Below, one piece after another: positions 1-9,200 of a DNA stretch of 64,000 nucleotides. Below the pieces are notes generated by a model, which saw only the letters and a program-made list of their open reading frames with translations, had not been told where the DNA came from and did no database searches. The DNA is taken from assembly GCA_016206665.1 (NCBI GenBank), contig JACQRC010000089.1:8393-72392 (forward strand). Reading direction: 5' to 3'. Numbering within the stretch: the stretch's first letter is position 1; every line of letters starts with the position of its first letter. The translations under genes were made by a program, and so were the position numbers. This DNA comes from Candidatus Omnitrophota bacterium (GTDB lineage: Bacteria; Omnitrophota; Gorgyraeia; Aquiviventales; JACQRC01).

Positions 1-210
1 CAGCTATTAGCCGCCTTCGGCGTGCCGCAGGACGCGCGCGGGCTCGCCGCCGCAGATGCGCTTCACCGGACCGCGGTGCCGGGCGTCTTCGTCGCCGGAG
101 ACATGCGCCGCGGCCAGTCGCTCGTCGTCTGGGCCATCCGGGAAGGACGCGAAGCCGCGCACGCCATCGACTGTTTCCTCATGGGCCGCTCCGCCTTGCC
201 GACCGGCTGA
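1..210 (+). CDS. gltD: glutamate synthase small (beta) subunit, C-terminal fragment; 5' end lies outside the window
   Basis: Frame-1 translation from base 1 (..[33 protein letters not shown]..) matches the conserved C-terminal FAD/NAD(P)-binding end of GltD-type pyridine nucleotide-disulfide oxidoreductases. Stop at 208-210. Confidence 0.55.
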   Translation, partial: QLLAAFGVPQDARGLAAADALHRTAVPGVFVAGDMRRGQSLVVWAIREGREAAHAIDCFLMGRSALPTG

Positions 211-332
211 CCATCCCGCCGGCGCCACCCGCCGTTCCGTTCCCTCGCTGTGACGTCATGCCGGCCCATCCCCACTCCCTTCCCCGCGGCCGGTGGGAGA
301 AATAAATTCACAACCCAGCCCGCCGCAGGCTC

Positions 333-341
333 TGGTATAAT
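333..341 (+). promoter_or_regulatory. extended -10 element TGGTATAAT upstream of msrA
   Basis: Exact TGnTATAAT at 333-341, ~110 bp upstream of the msrA start. A near-identical ctggtataatg box recurs at 3268-3276. Confidence 0.35.
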
Positions 342-453
342 GGCCGCGACCAGGAGGCCGTGGCGGTCATGCGCAGAGGTGGAGGAGGCAGGCCACACCG
401 CCGATGACTGCACCGGCATCAGCCTCCTGCCCGCCATTGTTCTCATGTGATGC

Positions 454-1086
454 ATGAAACGCCACCTCCTCCTCATCGCCATCGCCGGCCTGATGGCCGG
501 CTGTGCCAAGGCGCCCATGGCCACAGCGACACCTGCCACGCCCGTTGATGCCTCGAAACTGAAAACCGCCACCTTTGCGGGGGGCTGCTTCTGGTGCATG
601 GAGGGCCCCTTCGAGGCGCTCGCAGGCGTGGCCTCCGTCACCTCCGGCTACACCGGCGGCACCAAGCTCAACCCCACCTACATGGAGGTCTCCTCCGGCT
701 CCACCGGCCACGCCGAATCGATCCAGGTGGCCTACGATCCGACGAAGGTGACCTACCAGGAGCTCTTGGACACCTTCTGGCGGCAGATTGACCCCACCCA
801 GGTTGACGGCCAATTCGCCGACCACGGCCGCCAGTACCGCACCGCCATCTTCTACCATGACGAGGAGCAGCGCCGCCTCGCCGAAGCCTCGAAGCAGCAG
901 CTGGCCGCCTCCGGCAAGTTCGCGAAGCCCATCGTCACCGCAATCACCCCCGCCTCACAGTTCTATCCAGCCGAAGGCTACCACCAGGACTACTACAAGA
1001 AGAACCCCCTCCGCTACAAACTCTACAAGGTCGGCTCCGGCCGCGAAGGCTTCCTCAAGAAGACGTGGGGGACAGCAGGCCACTAA
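454..1086 (+). CDS. msrA: peptide methionine sulfoxide reductase MsrA, lipoprotein-type signal
   Basis: GCFWC active-site motif (FAGGCFWCMEG) and overall MsrA-like sequence. N-terminus has a signal peptide with lipobox LMAGC. Confidence 0.9.
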   Translation: MKRHLLLIAIAGLMAGCAKAPMATATPATPVDASKLKTATFAGGCFWCMEGPFEALAGVASVTSGYTGGTKLNPTYMEVSSGSTGHAESIQVAYDPTKVTYQELLDTFWRQIDPTQVDGQFADHGRQYRTAIFYHDEEQRRLAEASKQQLAASGKFAKPIVTAITPASQFYPAEGYHQDYYKKNPLRYKLYKVGSGREGFLKKTWGTAGH

Positions 1087-1320
1087 CGCACCCAGCACAA
1101 GGAGGTTCCCATGGCCAACCGTCCGCCTGCCTACAAGCCCCTTGTGGAGTAACTGGAACGTTGGTACCATGGTCTTCAACATGAACACGCCCATCGCTGG
1201 TTACTGCAACCCCGCTGACTCGTCCCCGCCCGTGACGCCGCGCTGATTCACTGGCCATCCGTTCGCGGCCAGCCGAGAGGCACCCCAGCATACCCGAGAC
1301 CAAGCGGGGCGAAGCTCGGC

Positions 1321-1349
1321 TTGACAATACAACTATTCAGTTGTATACT
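1321..1349 (+). promoter_or_regulatory. sigma70 promoter (TTGACA-N17-TATACT) with embedded palindromic operator ACAACT-attc-AGTTGT
   Basis: Perfect -35 at 1321-1326, 17-nt spacer, then TATACT -10. The 16-bp perfect inverted repeat 1329-1344 sits in the spacer, consistent with autoregulation by the downstream XRE HTH protein. Confidence 0.55.
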
Positions 1350-1375
1350 TATGGTGAGCTGAATGGCGTATCATT

Positions 1376-1693
1376 ATGAAATCTAGAAAATTAACACGGG
1401 TCCAGGATCACCTGCAAGAGAAGCTGCGCTCTCCCCAATTTCGAGAATCCTATGCGGTGGAGGTCTTTAAGGCGCAGATCGCCAGGGAAATCATCGAGGT
1501 CAGAATCAAAGAGGGATTGACGCAGGGGGAGCTGGCCCAGAAAATCGGCGTTACGCAGCAGGAGATTTCCAAGATTGAAAATGGCGAATTCCAGCAGATT
1601 AAGACCGTGATGAGAGTGTTGCTCGCCCTTCGGCATCGGACGACCGTCTGCTTGCCCGCCGAGGAAGTGCCTCTCGGGTCTCAGCGCGCTTGA
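1376..1693 (+). CDS. XRE-family helix-turn-helix transcriptional regulator (possible antitoxin-like)
   Basis: HTH_XRE signature (LTQGELAQKIGVTQQEISKIENGE). Confidence 0.7.
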   Translation: MKSRKLTRVQDHLQEKLRSPQFRESYAVEVFKAQIAREIIEVRIKEGLTQGELAQKIGVTQQEISKIENGEFQQIKTVMRVLLALRHRTTVCLPAEEVPLGSQRA

Positions 1694-1854
1694 TGGCCCG
1701 CGTCAAACAAGCCAAGCGCTCAGGCATTCCTCCCGCCGCCCTCGCCCGCTTCAAGGCCAAGGTGCTGAAGGGGCAGCCTGGCGACATTACCGCCAGTTCG
1801 ATGGAGGAATTGATTGCCAAGCTCCACCGCAAGAGCCGCCGCCGGCCAGCCTGA
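1693..1854 (+). CDS. small basic hypothetical protein (53 aa), possible partner of the XRE regulator
   Basis: ATG at 1693 overlaps the stop of the HTH gene (TGATG) and the ORF runs to TGA 1852-1854. Below the ORF-track length cutoff; no recognisable domain. Confidence 0.25.
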   Translation: MARVKQAKRSGIPPAALARFKAKVLKGQPGDITASSMEELIAKLHRKSRRRPA

Positions 1855-1949
1855 CCCTACCACCGCTAATTCCTGTTCCCCGCCCGCCGGATTTGCTACA
1901 ATAGGCTCTCCTTCCCCGGCTTCATTCAGCGCAAGGGAAAGCCACAGCA

Positions 1950-2105
1950 AGCAGACCACGGAGACACGGAAGCACGTGTCCGTGGTTCCGTGCACCTGGC
2001 CGTGGCGCGGCACTTCCGTGGTTCCGTGATTACCAAAGTACCTGGTACGCTTATTACCAAACACATCGCTAAATATGCTATAGTGTTTGGTAAACCAAAC
2101 ATCGC
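1950..2105 (+). promoter_or_regulatory. palindrome- and repeat-rich regulatory region upstream of the NTase gene pair
   Basis: CACGGA / TTCCGTG arms surround a central CACGTG at ~1957-1992. ccgtggttccgtg occurs twice (1978-1990 and 2015-2027) and ttaccaaa occurs twice. A perfect palindrome tgtttggtAAaccaaaca lies at 2084-2101, and a tatagt -10-like box at ~2071. Confidence 0.4.
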
Positions 2106-2107
2106 CT

Positions 2108-2416
2108 ATGGCCCACGTGATCAGAGCCGTCCTCCAAGAAGAATTAGCCAATTCCCGGCGGATGCAGCGCCGGTACGAACAGGCCCTGCGCAGGCTCGGC
2201 AAGGGCAGCCTGGTCAGGAAGCGCATCAGCGGCCATCCGTACTACTACCTGGCGCTGCGGGAAGGCAGGCGGGTGCGGTTCCAGTATCTGGGCAAGCTGT
2301 CGGCACAGGAACGTCAAGCGCGGCTGGCGCAGCATCGGCAGCGCGGGCAGTATCGGCGCCTCCTCCGGGAGGTCAAGCAGCAAATTCGCTTCCTGGAGCG
2401 GTCCCTGCGTGGCTAG
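2108..2416 (+). CDS. hypothetical basic protein, probable DNA-binding partner (antitoxin-like) of the downstream nucleotidyltransferase
   Basis: ORF with ATG at 2108 (the ORF track extends to a TTG at 2087). Arg-rich; its 3' end overlaps the downstream NTase start by 8 nt. Confidence 0.45.
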   Translation: MAHVIRAVLQEELANSRRMQRRYEQALRRLGKGSLVRKRISGHPYYYLALREGRRVRFQYLGKLSAQERQARLAQHRQRGQYRRLLREVKQQIRFLERSLRG

Positions 2417-3092
2417 CCAGCGCACGTTGTGCCAAGCGGTGCTCACGCGCCTGGCAAAGGCCGGTGTGCTGGAGGAGGTCGTGCTCATCGGGAGCTGGTG
2501 TCTGGAAGGCTACAAGAGCTACTTCGGCCGGCAGACACCGCTGACGGCGTTGCGGACGCGCGATATCGACTTTCTGGTGCCGCGACCAATGCGTATGCGA
2601 ACAGCGGTGGACGTGCCTGCCCTCCTGGACGATCTGGGCTTTATCCTGGACTTCCACCGGGGCGGGTACATCCGCCTCGTCCATCCGGAGCTAATTGTGG
2701 AGTTCCTCGTCCCAGAGCGGGGGCGGGGGACGGATCAGCCGGTGCGCTTACCCCAACTGAGCATCAACGCGCAATCCCTGCGCTTCTTGAATATGTTGGC
2801 GGAGCAGACGATCATGGCCACGCTGGAAGGGACCACGGTGCGCATGCCCCACCCGGCCGCCTTTGCGCTGCAGAAACTGCTCATCGCGCCGAGGCGTCAA
2901 GGCCATACGGGCAAGCAGGCCAAGGACGTGGAGGCAGCCATCGCGGTCCTGGAAGCCCTGCGCGCTCATGGAGAAACGGCCTCAGTGAGCCGGTGCTTTA
3001 CAGCACTGCCACGACGCTGGCAAACACACATTCGCCAGGCGCTCGGCGCGCGTCGCGAGCTGCGCGATTGGCTGGCGCTGCTGTCCAGTTAA
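2409..3092 (+). CDS. Pol-beta-superfamily nucleotidyltransferase, AbiEii/DUF1814-like (putative type IV TA toxin)
   Basis: GS-X10-DxD minimal NTase motif (LIGSWCLEGYKSYFGRQTPLTALRTRDIDFLV) near the N-terminus. ~227 aa; GTG start overlaps the upstream gene. Confidence 0.55.
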   Translation: MASQRTLCQAVLTRLAKAGVLEEVVLIGSWCLEGYKSYFGRQTPLTALRTRDIDFLVPRPMRMRTAVDVPALLDDLGFILDFHRGGYIRLVHPELIVEFLVPERGRGTDQPVRLPQLSINAQSLRFLNMLAEQTIMATLEGTTVRMPHPAAFALQKLLIAPRRQGHTGKQAKDVEAAIAVLEALRAHGETASVSRCFTALPRRWQTHIRQALGARRELRDWLALLSS

Positions 3093-3093
3093 C

Positions 3094-3252
3094 CACCGCG
3101 CCAAAGCCGCCGGAGCCGCCGTCATCTCCGAGCCCTCCGAGATGTTCTGGGGCGACCGGATGGCCTCCTTCAAAGACCCGGACGGCTACCTCTGGATGGT
3201 CGCCACCAACGTCGCTGACTTCGACCCCTCCAAAGTCCCGGCGGGGAAGTAA
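3094..3252 (+). pseudogene. orphan C-terminal fragment of a VOC/glyoxalase-family gene
   Basis: Frame-1 translation ..VISEPSEMFWGDRMASFKDPDGYLWMVATNVADFDPSKVPAGK* resembles the conserved C-terminal beta-strand region (DPDG-x-LWE) of glyoxalase/bleomycin-resistance proteins. There is no N-terminal part; it lies at the left boundary of the low-GC island. Confidence 0.4.
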
Positions 3253-3267
3253 AGGAGCGGCGGAATC

Positions 3268-3276
3268 TGGTATAAT
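3268..3276 (+). promoter_or_regulatory. extended -10 element TGGTATAAT upstream of the mod gene
   Basis: Exact TGnTATAAT. The surrounding tctggtataatg is shared with the msrA upstream box at 333-341. Confidence 0.3.
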
Positions 3277-3443
3277 GCGGCCAGCCTACCTGTTGGCATT
3301 ATCCATGCAGACCTGCTCGGAAAGACACACCACGGAAGCTCACGGCAACATGGAGAAATGAGAGCCAGTACCAATTTTATGTGTGTCAGCTTTTCGACAA
3401 TCAGCCGGTGGCTTAGCGGAAACACCAGACGGGAAAAGCAGTC

Positions 3444-5144
3444 ATGAGCGGATACGGCAGCTTGTCGAAAGAGCAGTTGATCGACAAAATCAAACGCTTA
3501 CAAAAACGTAAGAAATTTGGATTGGTTTGGGAGGACAAACTCGAAGATGTGGCAGAGCTTTGTAAGACAAAATTACCCGTGCTGGTCGATGAAAAAGGAG
3601 AGGAAATTTCGGATAGCGTGGCCGAGACAGCAAATGTGTTGATCGAAGGCGATAATTATCATGCACTCTCGGTTCTGAATTATACGCACAAGGGGAAAAT
3701 CGATTTCATTTATATAGACCCTCCTTACAACACTGGTGCAAAAGACTGGAAATATAACAACGCCTTTGTGGATGCTCAAGACCCCTACAGACATTCCAAG
3801 TGGCTATCCTTCATGGAGAAACGCCTCAAATTGGCAAAAAATCTTCTAAGGGATCAGGGAATTATATGTGTAACGATTGACGATTATGAAATGCCTCGTT
3901 TGTGGTCGCTTATGGATGAAATATATAACGAAAGTAATCATCTCGGAACCGTGGTTATAAGAAACAATCCGAAAGGAAGGAAAACGAAAAGGAAGGTATC
4001 GCTAATTCACGAATACGCCTTGTTTTACGGGCGAAGCGGTAATGCCAAGATTCAGAAATTAGAGGTCGCACCAGAGGACAAAACGCATAACTATGTGAAG
4101 GATAAGGACGACTCATGGTATCTGCCCGGCAACCTGAGAAAACAGGGAGTTGATAGTTTGGCCGTATCGCCTAAGACTGGGAGGTTGTCGGATAGATACT
4201 ACCCCATATATTACGATCCCAAGACGGGCAAGGTGAGTACCACCAAGAGTAAGCAATCAATAAAGATTTTGCCCATAGATAAGGACGGACAAAAAAGAAT
4301 ATGGCGTAGAGCCAAGCAAGTCATCGATGAGATGTTTGAGAGGGGTGATGTGTGGTATCAGAAAACCAAGTACGGCAATCAAATATTTTATAAATTTAGA
4401 GGCGGATTAGATGGCGAACCGCCAGAAAGCATTTGGTATGAGTCGAAATTTTCAGCAAGCGAACACGGGACACAAATACTCGACACAATTTTGGGAGTGC
4501 GAGAAACATTTCAGTATCCGAAATCCCCATACGCTGTTATGGAATGTATAAAAGTTGCTACCGCAAGCAGGGACGCGATCATACTGGATTTCTTCGCCGG
4601 TTCCGGCACTACCGGCCACGCAGCCTTAGAGTTAAATAGTGAAGATAATGGAAATCGCCAGTTCATTCTTTGCACAAATAATGAGAATGGCATTTGCAGG
4701 AACGTATGCTATCCCCGCATCAGGAAAGTCATGGCTGGATATACAGACTCAAAAAAGAAAAAAATAAATGGTTTAGGTGGAAATCTCAAATATTTTAAAA
4801 CGGATTTTGTTGAAGCCGAGCCAACTGATAAGAACAAAAAGAAATTAACGGTACAAGCGACTGAAATGCTTTGCTTGAAGGAGGGGGCGTTTAGAACAGT
4901 TGTTAACAAAAAATCTTTCAAAATTTTCAAGAATGCGAACCATTACGTGGGAATCATTTTTGACCACACAGCCATCCCCGATTTCAAGCAAGCGATCGAA
5001 AAGCTACAAGGCAAATTTAGCGTATACGTGTTCTCTCTTGGTGATGATGCTTTTGATGAGGAATTCGAGGATGTAAAACAAAAAGTGAAACTCTCGCCTA
5101 TTCCTGACGCGATCTTGAGAGTCTATCGAAGAATCTTCAAATGA
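3444..5144 (+). CDS. mod: Type III restriction-modification system, DNA methyltransferase (Mod) subunit, N6-adenine, beta class
   Basis: DPPY motif IV (IYIDPPYNTG) precedes the AdoMet motif I (LDFFAGSGTTGHAA), i.e. the beta-class order typical of Type III Mod. Low-GC codon usage; stop overlaps the res start (ATGA). Confidence 0.85.
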   Translation: MSGYGSLSKEQLIDKIKRLQKRKKFGLVWEDKLEDVAELCKTKLPVLVDEKGEEISDSVAETANVLIEGDNYHALSVLNYTHKGKIDFIYIDPPYNTGAKDWKYNNAFVDAQDPYRHSKWLSFMEKRLKLAKNLLRDQGIICVTIDDYEMPRLWSLMDEIYNESNHLGTVVIRNNPKGRKTKRKVSLIHEYALFYGRSGNAKIQKLEVAPEDKTHNYVKDKDDSWYLPGNLRKQGVDSLAVSPKTGRLSDRYYPIYYDPKTGKVSTTKSKQSIKILPIDKDGQKRIWRRAKQVIDEMFERGDVWYQKTKYGNQIFYKFRGGLDGEPPESIWYESKFSASEHGTQILDTILGVRETFQYPKSPYAVMECIKVATASRDAIILDFFAGSGTTGHAALELNSEDNGNRQFILCTNNENGICRNVCYPRIRKVMAGYTDSKKKKINGLGGNLKYFKTDFVEAEPTDKNKKKLTVQATEMLCLKEGAFRTVVNKKSFKIFKNANHYVGIIFDHTAIPDFKQAIEKLQGKFSVYVFSLGDDAFDEEFEDVKQKVKLSPIPDAILRVYRRIFK

Positions 5145-7360
5145 TGCTTCTGAAAGATTACCAGAACAACGCCATTAAGGAATTGCTCGGAAAAGCCAAA
5201 AAGCTTATTACCTACGGCGACGCGAAACGCATGGTTTTTAAAGCCCCCACCGCATCAGGTAAGACAATCATGATGGCCGAGTTCTTAAAGCAGTTATGCG
5301 AAGACAGGGAAGTTCTCGCTTCGTTTTCGCTTATCTGGACGGCCCCAAGGCAACTGCACATCCAGAGCAAGGACAAGCTGGAACAGTATTACGAGACAAG
5401 CCGCGCCCTTAGGTGTTCCCTCTTTGAGGAATTGGATGACAAACGGATTGACGAAGGCGAAATCCTCTTTTTCAACTGGGAGAGCATCAACAAGAACGAC
5501 AACATTTACATCCGCGAAAACGAGCAGGACAACAATCTGTCAAATGTTATAAGCCGGACGAAGGAGGAAGGCCGGATAATCGTTCTCGTCATTGACGAGA
5601 GCCATCACCATGCTACGAGCGAAATATCGCAAAACTTAATCCGCGACATTGACCCGAAGCTGACCATTGAAGTATCAGCTACCCCTGCGATGGAAAGCCC
5701 GGATGAGATTGTCTCCGTTCAGCTTGAGGATGTTAAGGCGGAGGCAATGATCAAGAAAGCTGTTATATTAAATCCGGACTTTGAAAATGTTCTCAGGGAC
5801 AGAAAAATTCAGAGTCAGTTAAGCAAGCAGTCCGAGGAGTTAGTTATTGAAACTGCTCTTAAGAAGCGAGATGCCCTTAAAGAAGCCTACAAGAAAGAGA
5901 GAGTAGGCGTCAATCCGCTCATTCTTATCCAGCTGCCGGACAGGAAAACGTCGCTTGAAGATGTGATTAAGGACAAAGTTATCGCAGTCCTCAAGAACAA
6001 GCACAAGATCACAGCTGAAAGTGGAAAGCTGGCAATCCATCTGGCGGAGCATAAAGAGAATCTTGACGACATTTCTGATCCCTACAACGAAGTAGAAGTT
6101 TTGATATTTAAACAAGCCCTTGCCTTGGGCTGGGATTGCCCCAGGGCTCATATCTTGGTTCTTTTCCGAGACTGGCAGAGCTTTGAGTTTTCGATCCAGA
6201 CAATAGGACGGATCATGCGTATGCCAGAACCTGATCATGGTCATTACGACACTGAAATCTTGAATTACGGATATGTATTTACCAACATCGAAAGTATAGA
6301 AATCCAAGAAGACTTGGCCAGAGATTACATCACGATTCACGCTTCGAAGCGTGGACGTGAATATTCACCTCTGTCGCTGCTTTCTTGCCACTCCAAGCGG
6401 TATCGCGAGAAAACTCGTTTGGCACCAATTTTTATCAAAGTTTTTCTGCAGGAAACTGCTGCCTACAGTCTGAGCCAGAGAATAAGGAAAAAAGCGAAGG
6501 GATTAAGCGCAAGATTTATTTCTGATTATAAGGCCGAGAATGTTGATGCATTAGCTGGCGCAAGCATAATCGGCGACAGGGCCATTAGAGTAACTGGCTG
6601 GGATTTACAAAAGTATTTTGATTACTTCATACGAAAGAGCCTCGCGCCGTTCTACGCCGAAGACAGGTCTATAGGCAGACTAAAAGAGGCCATTTACGAA
6701 TTTTTTGAGCAGGTCATGGGGATGCGCTATGAGGTTGTTCAAGAAGAGATTGTTCAAACGGTTTTAAGCGAAGGAAACCTCGTGCATTTTATTAATGTGA
6801 TCGACCAAGCTAAGGACAAATACATTGACTACATTTCAAGGCGGGAAAAAGAGCTTGAATTTGACCAGGGATGGGAAGTGCCAGAAACCATTGGTTTCAA
6901 CGCTCGCTACGCTATCGAAGATCGAAAAAAGTCCATCATGCACCCCTTTTTTAAGAGTGAGTATTCGGGTGTCGAAGCCGCATTTATGACTTTTTTAGAT
7001 GAACAGGACAAGGTAGTCTGGTGGTTCAAGAACGAAGCCAAGAATCCGGCTTATTTTGCTGTTCTCTACGAGGAAGATGGCGACAAAAGACCATTTTACG
7101 TTGATTTTATTGTCCAATTGAAAGATGGATTGATTGGGCTTTTCGATACGAAGGCCGGTCTGACCCAAAAAGTAGCTGGCCCGAAAGTCAATGGGCTTCG
7201 GACATATGTTGGGGAACAGAACAAAAAGGGCAAGAGGCTATTTGGCGGGATCGTTACCAATACCGATGGTCGGAATTACGCCGGGCGATGGGTTTACTTC
7301 AATAGGGAAGGAAAGGAATTATCCGGCAGCCTGGATAATTGGGAGACTTTGGCTTTTTAG
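5141..7360 (+). CDS. res: Type III restriction enzyme Res subunit (SF2 DEAD/DEAH helicase-nuclease)
   Basis: Walker A APTASGKT, DEAH-like box VIDESHHH and helicase motif layout. Translationally coupled to mod; low GC. Confidence 0.75.
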   Translation: MMLLKDYQNNAIKELLGKAKKLITYGDAKRMVFKAPTASGKTIMMAEFLKQLCEDREVLASFSLIWTAPRQLHIQSKDKLEQYYETSRALRCSLFEELDDKRIDEGEILFFNWESINKNDNIYIRENEQDNNLSNVISRTKEEGRIIVLVIDESHHHATSEISQNLIRDIDPKLTIEVSATPAMESPDEIVSVQLEDVKAEAMIKKAVILNPDFENVLRDRKIQSQLSKQSEELVIETALKKRDALKEAYKKERVGVNPLILIQLPDRKTSLEDVIKDKVIAVLKNKHKITAESGKLAIHLAEHKENLDDISDPYNEVEVLIFKQALALGWDCPRAHILVLFRDWQSFEFSIQTIGRIMRMPEPDHGHYDTEILNYGYVFTNIESIEIQEDLARDYITIHASKRGREYSPLSLLSCHSKRYREKTRLAPIFIKVFLQETAAYSLSQRIRKKAKGLSARFISDYKAENVDALAGASIIGDRAIRVTGWDLQKYFDYFIRKSLAPFYAEDRSIGRLKEAIYEFFEQVMGMRYEVVQEEIVQTVLSEGNLVHFINVIDQAKDKYIDYISRREKELEFDQGWEVPETIGFNARYAIEDRKKSIMHPFFKSEYSGVEAAFMTFLDEQDKVVWWFKNEAKNPAYFAVLYEEDGDKRPFYVDFIVQLKDGLIGLFDTKAGLTQKVAGPKVNGLRTYVGEQNKKGKRLFGGIVTNTDGRNYAGRWVYFNREGKELSGSLDNWETLAF

Positions 7361-7462
7361 CGAGCAAAGAGAGGGCCCAAAAGCACCGAGTACTTCGATG
7401 CCCTGCTGAACTATGTATCATGCCCACACACTTGGTATTGTGTTTACCGAATTAAAATTGGC

Positions 7463-8620
7463 ATGACCCAATTTTCGGGTACTCTACTGGCAAGCGGCGT
7501 TGTAGCCGCAGCGACGACGGCCACCCTACAGTTCCGCAGCGTTAGATGGGAACGACGGAAAGAATTTCTCGAGCACCAGCTGCGGTTGTATGGTCCCGCC
7601 TACGCCCTAATAGCACAGAATCGCGATGCTTTTGAACGAATCAAGAGCATTCATGTGCAGGGTGAGAAGCGCTTGAGTGGTGTAATCGGGGCAGAGAAAG
7701 ACATTGATGCAACGATAGCGGTGGCAAACGAACACATCAGACGAATCGTCTTGAGTAATAATGAAATCCTTGAGGACATGCTTAAGAAGAATCTACACTT
7801 CATCGATCCGGATGACATCCAGCTTGTAACGCAATTTTTCCATGATATGGCCAATTTAAAGGTGGAGACCTCAGCAGACGTGGGAACAAAGTTACCACTT
7901 CTAATGGCGCTGGATCTTCCCAATATATCATTTATGCGGCCCGGCCTTATTGAGTGCTTTGAGCAAAGATTTAGGCAGAAACAGGTTCAGTTTCGAGAAA
8001 TGCTAGGGAGCAGCAAGAGGCATCAACGGGATTTGCCAACGAACAAAAGACCGCTTTGCGCTGTTGGTTTACCTCCACGCATCTGGCGGACGTTTGCTAT
8101 ACCTGTCTTGACCGGCTTGATGGTGGCGCTCTTCTGGCATTTCTTTGAAGTGGTAAAACCGTGGAAGATAACATTATTCTTACCCTATGCGTATGAATAT
8201 GCCTATAGAGGAGCCACCAACACTACAGGCAATCAAAGCAGAGAAATCCTGCCCGTCGTCCCCATCCGCGTGCGTCTTACTGACAAAGCGAGTGGGTTTG
8301 TGTTTGCCGTTCACAATGATAACATTCGGAGTCTCCACGGAGTCTCGTTACATCTGCAACTACCGCCGGGTGTTGAGGTGACTGATCCAGGACCATTCAG
8401 AGCGTTTTGGCCAAACGAGGAATACTTTTTCTCTTTTGGGGACGCGGTGTTGAATCACGGAGTTTTCTATGCGACTGAGGTGCGTAATACTGCAGGCGAA
8501 CTGAAGGGTTCGATTCAACTAAAATTCAGCCAGCCAAGAGAGTACGAGATAATAGCCACTGTGAGCGGAGAAGACATGCTTCCGGCAGAGAAGAAAATCA
8601 AAATTGTCGTAGTACCCTAG
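7463..8620 (+). CDS. hypothetical membrane-associated protein (385 aa) of unknown function in the defence island
   Basis: Long low-GC ORF. N-terminal hydrophobic segment and an internal TM (AIPVLTGLMVALFWHFF); no recognisable catalytic motifs. Confidence 0.45.
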   Translation: MTQFSGTLLASGVVAAATTATLQFRSVRWERRKEFLEHQLRLYGPAYALIAQNRDAFERIKSIHVQGEKRLSGVIGAEKDIDATIAVANEHIRRIVLSNNEILEDMLKKNLHFIDPDDIQLVTQFFHDMANLKVETSADVGTKLPLLMALDLPNISFMRPGLIECFEQRFRQKQVQFREMLGSSKRHQRDLPTNKRPLCAVGLPPRIWRTFAIPVLTGLMVALFWHFFEVVKPWKITLFLPYAYEYAYRGATNTTGNQSREILPVVPIRVRLTDKASGFVFAVHNDNIRSLHGVSLHLQLPPGVEVTDPGPFRAFWPNEEYFFSFGDAVLNHGVFYATEVRNTAGELKGSIQLKFSQPREYEIIATVSGEDMLPAEKKIKIVVVP

Positions 8621-8666
8621 ACGCTTTACGCTATCCATAATGCCCGAAGCGGTTATTGACAGAATT

Positions 8667-8712
8667 GGCCAGGTTGAACCTCAGCGGAACGTGGCCCGAG
8701 TGAATTAAGTAT
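8667..8712 (+). repeat. 46-bp repeat, copy 1 (hairpin-forming), left of the 8733-9200 gene
   Basis: ggccaggttgaacctcagcggaacgtggcccgagtgaattaagtat matches 9190-9235 at 43 of 46 positions. It contains an imperfect stem ggccaggtt / aacgtggcc. Confidence 0.7.
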
Positions 8713-8732
8713 CTGTCCATGGAGTTGCAGTC

Positions 8733-9200
8733 ATGGATGCAAAGATTGTTGTGAAAATTTTAGGTCTTACCATAACTTCGGCTGGCGTCGTTCTGAGCCT
8801 GCTCAATCTGAAGGGTTTTCTCAAGTACCCAGAGCGCCTAAATTTTGCGCATTTGGCGCTCGAAACGAGCGAAGGCATTCCGCTTTCGCATCCTGGAGCT
8901 AAGTCCTTTATGAGTCGCTTCCCGCCACCTCCAACAGACAGCAAGGGTACGTTCACTCACTTCGTAAAAAATGCAATACAATTTACTGGTGGCGGGACCC
9001 CATTGTCAGGCACTGTTAAATACATGTATCCTGATGGAAGGCGGACTGCTGCGGTCGCAACATTTGAAGACGTAAAGCGCTGGGCCGCAGAATCACGTTA
9101 TCCGTGGCTTGCCTGGTGGCTGACAGTCGTAGGACTTCTCATCACTAGTGCAGGTGTCTTTTGGGACTGGCGGACAGCAGATCCCACCGGGCCAGGTTGA
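8733..9200 (+). CDS. hypothetical two-TM membrane protein (155 aa)
   Basis: Hydrophobic helices at the N-terminus (KILGLTITSAGVVLSLL) and C-terminus (WLAWWLTVVGLLITSAGVFW). Low GC; its stop codon lies inside repeat copy 2. Confidence 0.4.
   Translation: MDAKIVVKILGLTITSAGVVLSLLNLKGFLKYPERLNFAHLALETSEGIPLSHPGAKSFMSRFPPPPTDSKGTFTHFVKNAIQFTGGGTPLSGTVKYMYPDGRRTAAVATFEDVKRWAAESRYPWLAWWLTVVGLLITSAGVFWDWRTADPTGPG

Noticed and set aside
2429-3361. 310-aa + strand ORF spanning the NTase gene and the VOC remnant
   Set aside because: It is out of frame with the motif-bearing NTase ORF. The translation is low-complexity (Pro/Arg/Gly/Ser), so the 2409-3092 frame plus a separate remnant is preferred.
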